A model generated the notes under the pieces. The model searched no databases. It saw only the letters and a program-made list of their open reading frames with translations, and had not been told where the DNA came from. From positions 15,562,001-15,626,000 of the forward strand of contig NC_086097.1 in the NCBI RefSeq assembly GCF_963921235.1: a stretch of 64,000 nucleotides of DNA. Reading direction: 5' to 3'. Made by a program: the position numbers and the translations under genes. Positions 49,388 through 62,729 of this stretch are shown one piece after another; position 1 is the first letter of the stretch; every line of letters begins with the position of its first letter. Source of the stretch: Mobula hypostoma. Its lineage: Eukaryota.

Positions 49388-49945
49388 GTGGAGGAAGTTA
49401 AATGTATCATGCTCATAACTGAGCCTATGGAACACCAGTGCCTTCGGCAGAAAATCCTTCAAAAGGTGGTGGACTCGGGTCAGTACATCACAGCTAAACC
49501 CCTCCCAGCCATTGAGCACATCTACATGAAACATTGCTGTAGAAAAGCAGCAGCCATCATCAAAGATCCTCACCACCCAGTCCATGCTCTTTTCTCACTG
49601 CTGCCATCAGGTAGAAAGTACAAATGCCTCAGGGCTCGCACTGCCAGGTTCAAGAACAGTTACCACCCCTCAACAATCAGGCTCTTGAACAAAAGGGGAT
49701 GACTACACTCATTCTATTTCTAGTGTTCCCATAACTGATGGTTTCACTTTAAGAACTCTTTATCTTGTTATTTCATGCCCTGATTATTTACTGCTATTTA
49801 TTTATATTTGCATTTGCATAGTTTGTTATTCCTTGATCCTGTTTGCAGTTACTGTTCTATAGATTTGCTAAGTATGCCCATAGAAAAATAATCTTAGGGA
49901 TGTGGTGACATGTATGTACACTGATAATAAATTTTACTTTGAAAT
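49388..49945 (+). mobile_element. Rex1/Babar-type 3' fragment
   Basis: Encodes LQKVVDSGQYIT...KAAAIIKDPHHPVHALFSLLPSGRKYKCLRARTARFKNSY. Tail gataataaattttactttgaa. Confidence 0.85.
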
Positions 49946-50854
49946 TTGATTATCGACCCTCTGCCCTGCAAAGATGACACTCAACCATTCCACCTTTCTA
50001 CAGAATTCTTTTCCACTTGAAGTTATTCTAGCTACATGTTATAAGATTGCAGAGAAAATCTGGAAGCATCATAATCTTAATTTAAGTTGGGTTCAGATTA
50101 AAATTTCCAGCAATAAAGCTAAATTTAATAAGAACAATTATATAAAGGTTTCCCCATTTCCACCAACTATTCTCTCTATAGTTTGGTGCTGTTGATTTTC
50201 TTCCATTTTCTGCATCTCAACTTAATGGTTAACAGGTTACGTGCACAGATACATGGAGTGTATATTCTCGTTTAACTTTTCCAGCCAAGCAGATATATTA
50301 AGGACAGCTTGCCAAAAAATGTTAGCAGCATTATGAATATAATCTTTTCACCAGTTGGAGTTGCATTTGAAAGTGGTGCTAACTCTAAAAAGATGGCACT
50401 CTTGGCTGAGTGAGCTCAGTTTTAGATGCATGAACATGTTTATAGCTTAATATTAAATGTTAGGGGCTAGCGTAACCATGGGGATATAGGAGAGCATAGA
50501 ATTGCGTTTAACTAAATGGCAAAACAGACTGGGGTGCATATGACCTATTTCTATTGCTGCATAAAACGTTTTTTTTCCCAAATTTCAGGATGCTTTTCTG
50601 TGCTGAGGTTAAGCCGCATTATTGGGCTGCAGTTAGCTCTGTTACAAATATAGATCTCAACTCCCTGAATAGTATAGTGGAGTGGGTGGAGTGGGACTAA
50701 CCATTGTTCAAATCATGCTAGAGCACATGCTGAATGGTTTACTTACACAGAAAATCTAAACAAACTTATCTGAAATGCTGTTCAGTCAAAGCTTAGAAAT
50801 CATATTTCAAAATTTCTTAAATGTGCTTGTTCCTTGTAAGTTTTACAAAAGAAA

Positions 50855-50963
50855 ATAGGCAACCGTTAGTCTCGTGAGACCATCGATTTGCACCTTGGAA
50901 GGTTTCCAGGGCGCAGGCCTGGGCAAGGTTGTATGGAAGACCAGCAGTTGCCCATGCTGCAAG
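50855..50963. mobile_element. Short retroposed insertion of unknown family
   Basis: 109-bp GC-richer insert between 12-bp direct repeats TTACAAAAGAAA (50843-50854, 50964-50975). Confidence 0.6.
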
Positions 50964-51484
50964 TTACAAAAGAAAGATGATGGATTATTTGCACAGTTCA
51001 TGCAGTGCTAATTTTTAATGAAATACAATGGATTCAGTTTTCCCATAAAATGGACCTGTGCCATTTAGTGGATGTTGAACCTGGCAAAGCATCTCATTTT
51101 TTGATCAGTACTGGGCAAAAGCAAATGGCCTTGAAGAAAGTAAGTAAGAGTGTGTGTGTATGTATGTATGTATGTGTTGCGCTCTCTCGCTCTCTCTCTG
51201 TGTCCCTGCCTGTCGCAGTCATCAGTGGGGACAGGATTGGCATAGCTGTTCTGGCATTTGGATGAGACATTGAAAAGAGTACCACAGTGTGTGTATAGCT
51301 GGTATAGAGGTTCTTTTTCAGAAGTTAAAAGGAATGAAAATAAATGAGTAATTTATCATGCAAAACACTTGCTACTTATGCACTTCATAAATCTTTGACG
51401 CCTGAAACACTATAATATATTGATTAGGTTAGAAACATATGGAGGTCATTGTAACTACTCACCTGACAAAGAGACTAATTTTAA

Positions 51485-51920
51485 AAAGTTCAAAGTAAAC
51501 TTTATTATCAGGGTACATATATGTTACCCTGAGATTCTTTTTTTTCCTGTGGGCATACTCAGCAACTCCATAGAATAGTAACTATAACAGGATCAGTGAA
51601 AATGAAGTAGAGTGTAGAAGACAGCAACCACAAAATGCAAATATAAATAAATTGCAATAAATAATAAGAACATGAAATAACAAGATAAAGAGTTCTTAAA
51701 GTGAGCCCATTAGTTGTGGAAATATCTCAATAGTTGAGTGTAGTTATCCCTTTTGTATAAGCGCCTGATGGCTGAGGGGTAGTAACTGTTCTTGATCTTG
51801 GTGGTGTGAGTCCTGAGGCTTTTGTACCTCTGACCTGATGGCAGCAGGGAGAAGAGATCATGACCTGGGTGGTGGCAATCTCTGATGATGGATGCTGCTT
51901 TCCTATGACAGCATTTGCAG
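51485..51920 (-). mobile_element. Rex1/Babar-type 3' fragment
   Basis: Encodes KAASIIRDCHHPGHDLFSLLPSGQRYKSLRTHTTKIKNSYYP. Reverse tail ttcaaagtaaactttattatc. Confidence 0.85.
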
Positions 51921-54429
51921 CGTGCAGAAAGTCGCCAATGATCTCTGGCATCATCTTGAATTTTAGAGGTCAAAATTTTACTTGCTCCTGTATTTTGATC
52001 TGGAACCTTTTCAGCAGCTGAGTAATCCAGACCAAAACATGTAACCAATCCTGTTGTGCTTGACTGAATCTACGTGGCTGAGCAACCTGTTTTGGTACTG
52101 ACCAAATGCTAGTTATCTTGTTTGGCCCTTAATTTATTTGCTTTACTTTTTTAAAAATCATTTTTTCTAGCAGAATTGCAAAGTAATTTAGCTGTTTTCT
52201 GCAGAAAGAGATTTGAGGGACTGCAAATATGTTGAATCATGTTCAAGTATTTATCATTCAACATATTCAATATTGCAGGAATTCAACTTTGCCTTTATAA
52301 GAGAGGTTCATTGTCTGACCTTCTTTTGGCGCAATCACTTTATATTTTATGATAACACATATATCATCTTGTTGCAGTTGTTTTTAATCACATTGAACAA
52401 AATAATCTCTTGATTCTATTAGCCTTTTTTCACGGGAAATCTTTTGCTTCAATTCAACTAAACTAAATTAAACTAAATTCATATGACAGTAGGATTATCA
52501 AGGAAGTGAAGCCCAGGGATAATCCAACAAGCCTCCATAATGTTATATGGCAGTGTTAGAAGTAAGTATTTCAGACTTTACCAAATGATCTAGGTTCAGA
52601 AGGACAAAAGTACCCTCCAGTTTCAATGCATGTCTTGGAGCTTGAAAGTGATAGAAGGCAGCTAATAATTTTTTTCTACCTTTACCTTTATCTTCTTAAC
52701 TTCATTCCCACCCCCCCCCCACCCACCTGACTTCACCTATCCACTGCCAGCTTGTCCTCCTTCCACTCCCCTTCTTACTCTGGCTTCTTCCTCCTTGCCA
52801 GTTGTGGCCTGAAACGTAGACTGTTTATTCCTTTCCATAGATGCTGTCTAACCTGCTGAGTTCTTCCAGCATTTTGTATGTGTTACAGCTCATAATTCTG
52901 TCTGGCTTCGAAGTTAAATTACAGTTGGCATGAAAGACAGTTTTCTATATTCTCCAAGGTGACTAAGTACCACACGTTATTTAAATGTTAATTTGTTTCT
53001 GCATTGTTATTTTAACATATGCAAGCTCTTGCATTTGCAGGGCTTGATTTAAAAATTGAATACTTTATCAGTATATGAACCTCATACTATTAATTTTGTT
53101 CCTGGGGAGGAGACTTATTTATGGTCTGATCAGGTGGCATTGATATCATTATATAATGAATCATATGAATTGAAATGTCTTCAGCGCTATCAGTATGTTA
53201 ATCACATTGATTAATTAGAAGTGTCTTTTACTGCTAACAGGCCCATTGCTAAGTATTGGCTTAGTGTAAAATGACACTTTTACAAATGTTCTTATCCATG
53301 ACAACCTCTTGGTTTATGGTGCCATGGGCTGCTCCTGATGCTAATTCTGCGTTTGTGTTCATACCTAATTTATTCGAATTGGAATGTGAAACATCCACTG
53401 TTGCCTTCTGATAAAGAATGGACAAAATGTATTAAATATGAATTTACAGAATAGTTTTTGCCTTTGCTTCTATTTTCTCAATATTTTGATGCTGCCTGTT
53501 TAAGTGAGCTGCAATTAAGCATTATTGTGAATCCAAGTTCAGGAAGTGATTGGTGTTTAACATTTATTTAAATGTAGCATCATAAACTTTATAAACTCAT
53601 TTATTTTTGGCCTGTGATGAATGGTGGAGCAGGCTCATGGGCCAAAAGGCCTAATTCTGCTCCTTTGTCTTATGGTCTTTTGTAAATGCTCCCCGCTGAA
53701 TAGCATGCTATATGACCTGAGTATATCACTATTCTCCATCTTAAAGCAGTCATATAGACACGAGAGACAAATTGGTTAAGGTAAATTGGAAAATGGTTAA
53801 AAGCTTGACAGTAGATAAAATACAACAAGCAAAGAAATATCAGAAGTCTGAAATTACTCCCCACATCAAAACTCAATTGGCTCCTATATATTTAGATTGG
53901 ATATTCTGCATAAGATATTAATATATACACCTACTATTCCCTCCCCAACTATTATATACATTACCAACAATACAAACTGTACCCCAAAACATTGTGTAAA
54001 CACAGGACTGATGTACATAGAACTACTGTCGTCTTTAAAATTTCTGACCCACATCAAACGTCCATTTGTTCTTGAGCAATAGTCTTCATGAGGAACTCAG
54101 TAGGTTGAACAGCTTTTGTGGAGGGAAAATAATTGTTGACGTTTCAGACTAAAGCCCATGATCAAGACTCAGTCATGGAGAAGTACAGCACAGAAACAGG
54201 CCCATTGCCCATCTAGTCCATGCCAAAACCGTTTAAATTGCCTACTCCAAATGACCTACGCTGGGACCATAGCCCACCATACCTCTACTATACAAACTTT
54301 TCTTAAATGTTGAAATCGAGCTCACGTGGACAACTTGTGCTGGCAGCTCATTCCACATTCTCACAACCCTCTGACTGAAGAAGTTTCCCCTCATGTTCCC
54401 TTTAAACTTTTCACTTTTCACCTTTGATA

Positions 54430-55950
54430 TAGGACCACTAGAAAATGAGAGCAGAGAGATAATAATGGGGACAAGGAGATGGCTGTCGTTGTCATAGGTT
54501 GCATTGGGAATTTCCAGTTGGATGATTTCCCTCTACGCCGCTCTGACATATTGGGAAATCGTGTACGTGGCAGGTTACAGCAGCAGTTTGCCTTTGCCTT
54601 CTACCAGGTGAGTTTAAAGAGGACACCACCTCTTGCAGTGGATGACCAGGATATCTAAGTGCCTTGTTGTGCTCTTAGCGCTCCACCAACAACTGCTGGC
54701 CTGCCTCCTTGACCATTGGACCATTAATCAGTCTCTTCTGCTCAATCTGCCATGGCCAGACTTCACACGCTGGGACAGGCAGATCCCCTACCTCACCGAG
54801 GGTTGAAGACCAGTCAGCTTCCCTCACCTGGTTTAGCCCATTTGCCGAGCCAGTTTACCGGGGTGTGGCTGCTGTGTGTGCTACAGCTACTTGGAGCCAC
54901 AGGTGAGAGCTGAGCGCCAGGTGGGGACCAAAGGTGGACAAGCTGTCCTGAAAAAGTGCATGGCAGGCCCCCCCACTAGAGGTGCTACCCCTCCCTAGAC
55001 ACCTCACACACCCCAAGGAGATGACAGATGAACTAAATGAGTATTTTGCATCAGACTTTACTGTGGAAGACACTAGCAATGTGCCAGATGTTGTAGGGTA
55101 TGAAGGAAGAGAAGTGGGTGCAGTTACTGTTACAAGGGAGAAGGTGCTCAAAAAGCTGAAAGACTCAAGGATCACCCGAACCAGATGAACTGCACCCTAA
55201 GGTTCTGAAAGAGGTAGCAGTAGAGATTGAGGAAGCATTAGTAATGATCCTTCAAAGGCATGGTGCCAGAGGACTGGGAAAATGCAAGTGTCTCTCCACT
55301 ATTTAAGAAAGGAGGAGGGCAGCAGAAAGGAAATTATAGACCAGTTAGCCTGAGCTCAGTGGTTGGGAAGATGCTGGAGTCAATTGTCAAGGATGAGGTT
55401 ATGGAATACTTGGTGATACAAGACAAGATAGGACAAAGTCAGCATTGTTTCTTTAGGGAAAATCTTACCTGACGAATCTGCTGGAATTCCTTGAGGAGAT
55501 TACAAGTAGACTAGATAAAGGTGATGATGTAGATGTTTTATATTTGGACTTTCAGAAGGCCTTTGACAAGGTGCCATACGTGAGGCTGCTTACCAAGTTA
55601 AGAGCCTATGGTATTACAGGAAAGTTACTGGCATAGATAGAGGAATGGCTGATTGGTAGGAGGCAGCGAGTGGGAATAAAAGGATCCTTGGCTGCCAGTG
55701 ACTAGTGGGGTTCTGCAGGGGTCGGAGTTGGGACCACTTCTTTTTATGCTGTATATCAAAGATTTAGAGGAGGAATAGAGATGGCTTTGTTGCTAAGCTT
55801 ACAGATGATATGAAGATTGGTGGAGCGGCAAGTAGTGTTGAGGAAACGGGTAGGCTGCAGAAGGACTTGGACAGATTAGGAGAATGGGCAAGAGTGGCAA
55901 ATGAAAAGCAATGGTGGAAAATGCAAGGTCATGCACATTGGTGGAACATT
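54430..55950 (+). mobile_element. CR1-clade RT fragment interrupted by an RTE-derived element
   Basis: Encodes DELNEYFASDFT, VPEDWENASVSPLFKKG...GNYRPVSLSSVVGKMLESI and YLDFQKAFDKVP. Confidence 0.85.
54484..55013 (-). mobile_element. Non-autonomous RTE-like element
   Basis: TSD CAAGGAGATG(G/A)C at 54472-54483 and 55014-55025. Minus-strand motif agaaggcaaaggcaaac and a GAC-like tail. Confidence 0.65.
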
Positions 55951-56319
55951 GGTGCCCAAGGGCATGCTGAAGAACACAGTTAATACTGGTGCAGGGAAGA
56001 CTTTGCTTGGTTTTTGAGCCTTTAGCTTCTCCAATCTCACGTTGACAGCCAGTTTCCTAGGGTATTCCAAGTTCATTAGAGAGTGGTGAGCTTCCAGGAT
56101 TTGCCAGATTCTGGAGTGTTCCTTATGGATTTCAAATTACAACAGGAGGGAGAGAGGAAATGGAGCATTGCAGACTAGTTAGCTTGGCATAGTTTCTGGA
56201 AAATACTGAATCAATTATTAAACATTTGGGTAGTAAAATGCTTCTAGAATTGTCATATGATTAGATGGGCAACATGAGTTTACACATGAGAAAATCTGTT
56301 TTTGAAGATAGACTTTAAA

Positions 56320-56635
56320 GATTAGCTTTATTTATCACATGTACATGGAAACATACAGTAATATGAATTCTTTGTATCAACATTCAACACAGCTCGAAAT
56401 ATGGTGGGGGGCAACCTTCAAGTGTCACCACGCTTATGGTGGCAACATGGCTACAACTTAATAACCTTAATTCAACCTTGATTCACGCATACTTGGAAGA
56501 TGAGAGGAAACTGGAGCACCCAAAGGAAATCCATCGGGTCATGATGCGAATATGCTCCCCACATATGGTGGTGGAAATTGAAATCTTACAGCTGGCATCA
56601 TAAAGCACCAATTACACTAACTGCTGCAGTGCTTT
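56320..56635 (-). mobile_element. V-SINE (degraded)
   Basis: gagaggaaactggagcacccaaaggaaatcca...ggaaattgaaatc. Tail shared with 28785. Confidence 0.6.
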
Positions 56636-56899
56636 GCCAGCTGAAGATATAACTGTCAAGTTGGATAAGGGAAAAACAGTGGATGTTCCTCAAAATGTAT
56701 AATATGCCATACAAACTATTATTACATATGCTAAAGGCTACAAGGTGTGGAGATGTATTAAAATACTTAGGAAACTAGTGGAGAAGCCAGAAGAACAATA
56801 TGAATAAAGAACTTTTTTCCAGACTGGTAAACTTTTATTGGTTAATTGCCATGATATTGATGATCACCTCTTTACTACCAATACTAATTATACTGTCCT

Positions 56900-57825
56900 T
56901 GCATTTGCTGATGACACTAAATTGAATGGAAAAGCAAATTGTGCAGAAGACACAGAGCATCTGCAGAGAGATATAGATAGGTTAAGTGAGTGGGCAAGGT
57001 TCTGACAGATGGAGTATGATGTTGGTAAATGTGAGGTCATCCACCGTGGAAAGAAAAATGGAAGAGCAGATTATTATTTAATCTGCAGCATGCTGCTGTG
57101 CGGAGGAACTTGGGAGTGCTTGTGCATAAATCACAAAAGGTTGGTTTGCAGGAATAGCAGGCTATCAAGGAGACAAATGGAATATTGCCCTTCATTACTA
57201 GAGGGATTGAATTTAAGAGCAGGGAATTATGCTGCAACTGTACAGGGTACTGGTGAGACAGCACCTGGAATACTACGTGCAGTTCTGTTCTCTTTACTTG
57301 AGGAAGGATATACTGGCTTTGGAGGTGGTGCAGAGAAGTTTCACCAGGTTGATTCCAGATGAGGGGGTTAGACTATGAGGAGAGACTGAGTCGCCTGGGG
57401 CTGTACTCGCTGGAAATCAGAAGGATGAGAGGAGATCTTATAGAAACATATAAAATTATGAAAGGGATAGATAAGATAAAAGCAGGGAAGTTGTTTTCAC
57501 TGGTAGGTGAGACTGAAACTAGGGGACAAGCCTCAGGATTTGGAGGAGTAGATTTTGGACGGAGATGAGGAGGAACTGCTTTTCCCTGAGAGTGGTGAAT
57601 CTGTGGAATTCTCTGCCCAATGAAACAGTGGAGACTATCTCAGTAAATATATCTAAGATCAGGTTGGATAGATATTCGCATAGTGGGGGAATTAAGAGTC
57701 ACGGGGAAAAGACAGGCCGGTGGAGATGAGTCCATGGCCAGATCAGTCATGATCTTATTGAATGGCAGAGCAAGGTCAATGGGTCAGATGGTCTATTCCT
57801 GCTCCTATTTCTTATGTTCTTATGT
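56900..57825 (+). mobile_element. CR1-clade LINE 3' fragment
   Basis: Encodes FADDTKL, MEYDVGKCEVIH and YEERLSRLGLYSLEIRRMRGDLIETYKIMKG. Tail cctgctcctatttcttatgttcttatg. Confidence 0.88.
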
Positions 57826-58782
57826 TAACTAATGTATCCACATTTCCTGCCAATATAACATCAAGTTATTTGGTAATAACTAAACATTCAGAAAGAAGTA
57901 GTGAGAATTTACATCAGGGCAGCTGATGGCAGATGGTATATTGTTTTCAGGCTTGGAAAACTTGGATTGAGTGATGCCAAGAGTGAAAAATATTTCAGAT
58001 GTGTTGCTCATTACTAAAATGGGCTGCATCAGGAAAAAATCTGAAAGTGACGGTTGAGTAAATGCTCTAAACCCCGTAATGACTGTGCAACATCTGGGTA
58101 AATATAATTAAAAAAAAACAAGTTTTTAATTTTAAAAATATCTGAATTAGCTGCAGGGGTACACATCCCAGGTCATCCAGTATGTTAGGACCTACAATGT
58201 AACTGAACTGATTGGGTCCTCAAGTCCTTTTTCTAGTCTATAAAATAATATTTTGTCACTAGTTTATCAAGAACCTATCCACCCTTGCCTTAAAATATTT
58301 AAAGACTTTTTCCATTGCCTTTTGAGTTGCAAAGATTCATGACCCCCTAAGGCAGGACCTGAAGACCTCTCAGAATCTCACATTTACATTAATACCTTTC
58401 CCAACCTCAGTAAATCCTACTGCCCTTCCCAACGAAAGAACTATTTCTAAAATATCACTATTGCAATGTATCAATTGCAAAGGTTAATGAGCAGGAAAGA
58501 CAGTAATAAAGTAATGATATGCCCTCCTGTTTTACTAATATTGTTTTTCATGGGATCTTCTGTTTCCACTTGAGAAGTTTACATTTCACATCTCATCAGA
58601 GAGCTGGCAGTTCTGACAATACATTACCTCCCATGTGGTTAAATTGTAATTTATCTTCATATTTTCCTAGTCCAAAGAAAGCCTGTTAGAATTTGAATGT
58701 GTTAGGGTAAATACTTATCAGTCTCAAATCAGTTGGAACTTTATGGAGTAAACAGAAATATTATTTATAGATAGCATTGATT

Positions 58783-59338
58783 TGTAACATGCTGTAAGGT
58801 TTCACTGCTAATGTAATGGTTTCTCTGTAGCAGCAATGTTTGGGTTATGACTAGAGGTGACAGGGCTTTGGAATGTCGGGCTATCCAATGAGAGATGTTG
58901 TACTTTCTTGTGGGTCTGGGAGCAGGGATTTCGCGGTCTTTTGCCAGGGGGAGATGAGGAGAGAAAACACGAATGGAGAGAGTTGGTAGGCCACTGGACA
59001 GAGTGGACTTGGAGCGAGGGTCCGAGGGCTGGCTACGCTTGGAGGAAGTCAATGGGAAACCAGTGAACTGGACCGTGAGCCCCAACGTTGCGCATTAGAC
59101 TGTTTCATGAGAATGGTCCCTTTTCTTTTTTTGTTTCTTTACTGACCATATAGTCAAATCTTGGCATTATAAAGTTCAATCATTTAATCGCATGTTGTGT
59201 ACTGTTTGTTATTTTGTGGTACTGATTCGTAACAGGGGACACATCGTGAAGCATCCACCCAAACAAGATCTCTTAAGTTTGGCCGGGCTGAGGGCTGTCT
59301 TCCCCTAGATTAAGCGACTAGCCGAATCAAGAGTTACA
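58783..59338. mobile_element. Probable solo LTR (TGTAAC...GTTACA)
   Basis: 6-bp inverted termini TGTAAC/GTTACA, 556 bp. The first ~90 nt match the element at 41391. No TSD visible. Confidence 0.6.
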
Positions 59339-60636
59339 TGTGAAAAGGAGATAACTGGTAATTGGAGAGAGCATCAGCAGAAGCACAGTTGACTTATTGA
59401 CTTTGTCCAGTTGAGGTTTATAACCCTTAAAAAAAAAAGGAAAGCTCCAGAGATAAAGGACTTGGGGAGAAATCTGGTGCTATTTACCACTGGCAGTTCA
59501 TGTACAGTGCTGGGATCGGAAGTCTCCAGACCATTTGCTCGTGGGAGCTAGATAATCCACCAGCTGTGGCAGCTCAGATGACTTTAGGCACGCTTCTTAA
59601 ACAAAAGAGGCAATCGCTTTACTCAACACCATCTCAAAAGCAGAAACTTCAAACAATTCTTGCACCTAATCAGTAGCCTGATTTACTTGCCATTTTGCCA
59701 AGCTAGCATGATTAAAATGGGCTGCACCTGAAAAATCGGAATGTGATAGTTGTTACACGAGCTCCAACAATCATATTCTATTCAGTGTATCTCTGTTCCT
59801 GACATAGTTCATTCCAAATTTGAATGTATTGCATTATTATATTATTATAATTGCTCTTAAAATATACTGGAAATAAGAACAGTGTTATCATTAAGTTAGT
59901 AACAACTGTAAAATAAGCTATTTTGCAAAGAATGTTAAACACATAAAATTTATGGGGAAAAAAAAATTCTTGTCTGGCCAGGACTCTGATACATGCGTAG
60001 AATTTCCTGGCAAGCTGGCTTCAGGATTAACAGGCTCCAACTGGATAAAGTGTTGCATTGAGACAGTCCAATGAGCTATGCACTTGGTCATTGTTACTAA
60101 AAACTGGCTGACCCATCATTTCTCACATTTTGTTAAAATTAAATGTTAACGAGTTGTGTTGTTTTGACAGCCTTGGTACAAAGTTGCCAACACTCTTGGG
60201 ATCATTAGCTCCACCACTGGCACTCCAGTTATTTATTTAAGAAAAAGATTGCGTTTATGTTTACTTGTCAGTTCAACTCCCATTCCAGAGCCTTGAGCGC
60301 ATAAATCTTGGCTGCTTTGGTAGTTCTATAATGGAGGAGTGCTATATTGTTGGAAGGACATCTTTCAGAGACACTAGACAGACTCCATTTCCTCACCACA
60401 TCCCACGGGTAAACAGTGATCCATAAAATATGTATTTCTCATTCAAAATTGCTAAATTATGACTTGATCATTGTTATTTGTAGAAACTTGAAAATTCGTT
60501 GCCTCATTTAGCATAATTTCATGGAGCTGTACACACAGGGAAGAGCTCTTCAGTCCACTGAGTCTACATTGAACACCAAGCACCCATCTATGCCAAGACA
60601 GAGGCTAAATTGTTTTCTTCTCCTACACTTCCATAT

Positions 60637-60800
60637 AGGGCAGTAAGGTAGCACAGTGATTAGCGTAATGCTATACAGCACCAGCTCTAAGATCAGGGTT
60701 TAATTCCCCCGTTTGTAAGGGGTCTGTGTGTTCTCCCCGTGACTGCATGTGTTTCCTCTGGGCACTCTGGTTTCCTCCCACAGTCCAAAGCTGTACAACT
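60637..60800 (+). mobile_element. tRNA-derived V-SINE
   Basis: tRNA-like head (ggtagcacagtgattag...gggtttaattccc) followed by the V-domain gttctccccgtgactgcatgtgtttcctctgggcactctggtttcctcccaca. Confidence 0.8.
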
Positions 60801-61814
60801 AAGGGGATCACCTAACACCCTCTAGTTTGTCCTCCTTGCCCTCACACCACCTTTTTATTCTGGCATCTTTCCCTCCACCACCCCACTTCCAGTCCTTAAG
60901 AAGGTTCAGGCCCGAAATGTTGACTGTTTATTCATTTCTGTGGATGCGGCCTGACCTGCTGAGTTCCTCCAGCATTCTGTGTGCATTGCTTAGGCTTAAT
61001 AAGCTGTGGGTTTGCTATTGTGGCACTGGGAGCGTGCCGACAGTTGTAAGCTTCCCTCAGCGCATCCTTAGACTGAGTTGGACGCTGGTGCAAAGCAACG
61101 CATTTCACGGTATGCTTTGATGTTTCAATGTACGTGTGACAAATCAAGCTAATCTTAAAATCTGAATAGCTCACGAGACTTGAGAATGGTTATGAGTCAA
61201 CTACGGAACGAGCCCTCACACTTCATATGCGCCAAGAACAGGTAAGAATGTCCCTGAAGGGCATTAATGAACCTGATAAAGGAAGAACTGCAGCAGTCTT
61301 AAGGAATTGTTAAAATAGCATTCAGGGGGTTAATATAGAAAATATATACTGGTAAATCAGAAAGAGCATATGCAATAACTAAACTTGGGGACCTCTTTTA
61401 GTAGATGCAACTTCCTAAGATGCCCTTCTTTTGTTTTGCGGTACTTTTTATTTTGTTGGTTAAACGGACATTGATGGAAAGACCTTGTAGTTGAAAATGT
61501 TCCTTCAGTTTCCAAAGCCTCAGAGCTATGTAATACATATCGAAATGTTGGTAATTCTGGGCCACACTCTACCTGTTCCACAACTCACATTCAATTTCTC
61601 AACTCCATCTCTTCCAAAATTCATGATCGAAAGTTTACAACTTTCAAGTTGCCTTGGAAGTTCTAAATGACATTGAAAACTTGAGAAAATCCACACTCTC
61701 CTCTCCCAACAGATTCCTCCTGCTCCAGCTCTTTAACTTTTCCACCTATCACCTCCCAGCTTCTTACTTCACCCCTCCCTCCCCCACCCATCTGGCTTCA
61801 CCTATCACCTAGCT

Positions 61815-62630
61815 CAGGGTGGCCAACCTTTTACATTCCATGTGTCAATTTTTTCACGCACAAGTTCAGATGCGCCATACAACTCTTGTACTCCCATTCA
61901 ATTCTTGTAAAAAAAAATGTTAACATAGACATATTTAGCATTTTTACATGATATATTGATTTAATATAAAAACAAGATAAGCATTACTTACATTAACTTA
62001 AATATATTTTGTCTTCTTTTAATTTCTTCCTTTTCCCACTGTTCATTGAATTCACACTTACTATCACTTCCTGCTTTTTTTTTTGCTCATTTTCTTTTGC
62101 ACTGTGATGCGTAACTGAAAGTAAAAACAAGGTTTAGTTTTCGAAAAAGTACAAAACTGCAGATGTTAACAAAGGACGAACAAAGTACAATCCTGCAGCG
62201 CACGAGTGTCAGTTGTAAACTGACTGGCAAAAACCTGCGACGTACCGCTGGTGCAGACGCCTGGCGCCTCGGGATCAAACGTGTATTGAACAGTTATGGA
62301 ACGACTGCAGAACAAAAGTCCTTCTTTCCTAGTTTGACTCATTGAACATTTTTTTAATTGCAAACAGATTAATGTGAAAGAAGATGACATTTGCCAAAAG
62401 ATGTGCACGAAATAATAAAATTGCTAAAAATAATTGCTAAGTTTAGATTTATTCTCAGTAAAAACCCATTTCTTGCTCTAAGCTACTTGAATTCCTGTCA
62501 TAGATTTTTTTTTACAAATCGGTTTTTGCTTAATACTTTTTGCATAAGTAGACTTACTTTTTGATTATCATCACTGGGGTGCAATGCGCCACTTCTAATC
62601 ATCCAAAGCGCCACAGGTTGGCCATCCCTG
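61815..62630. mobile_element. hAT-superfamily MITE
   Basis: TIRs CAGGG(-)TGGCCAACCT / AGGTTGGCCATCCCTG. Perfect 8-bp TSD ACCTAGCT at 61807-61814 and 62631-62638. No transposase ORF. Confidence 0.9.
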
Positions 62631-62691
62631 ACCTAGCTTGTCCTCCATCTCCTCCCTCTACCTTATTTTGGCATCTTCTCCCATTCCTGTT

Positions 62692-62729
62692 CAGTCCTGA
62701 TGAAGGGTCTTGGCCTGCAACATCAACTG
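62692..62729 (+). ncRNA. Hammerhead motif (GAAA box mutated) in a Penelope terminus
   Basis: Reads CAGTC CTGATGA AGGGTCTTGGCCT GCAA C ATC AACTG. Confidence 0.55.

Noticed and set aside
60637..60715. tRNA gene
   Set aside because: Degenerate A/B boxes run directly into a V-SINE core, and there is no complete cloverleaf.
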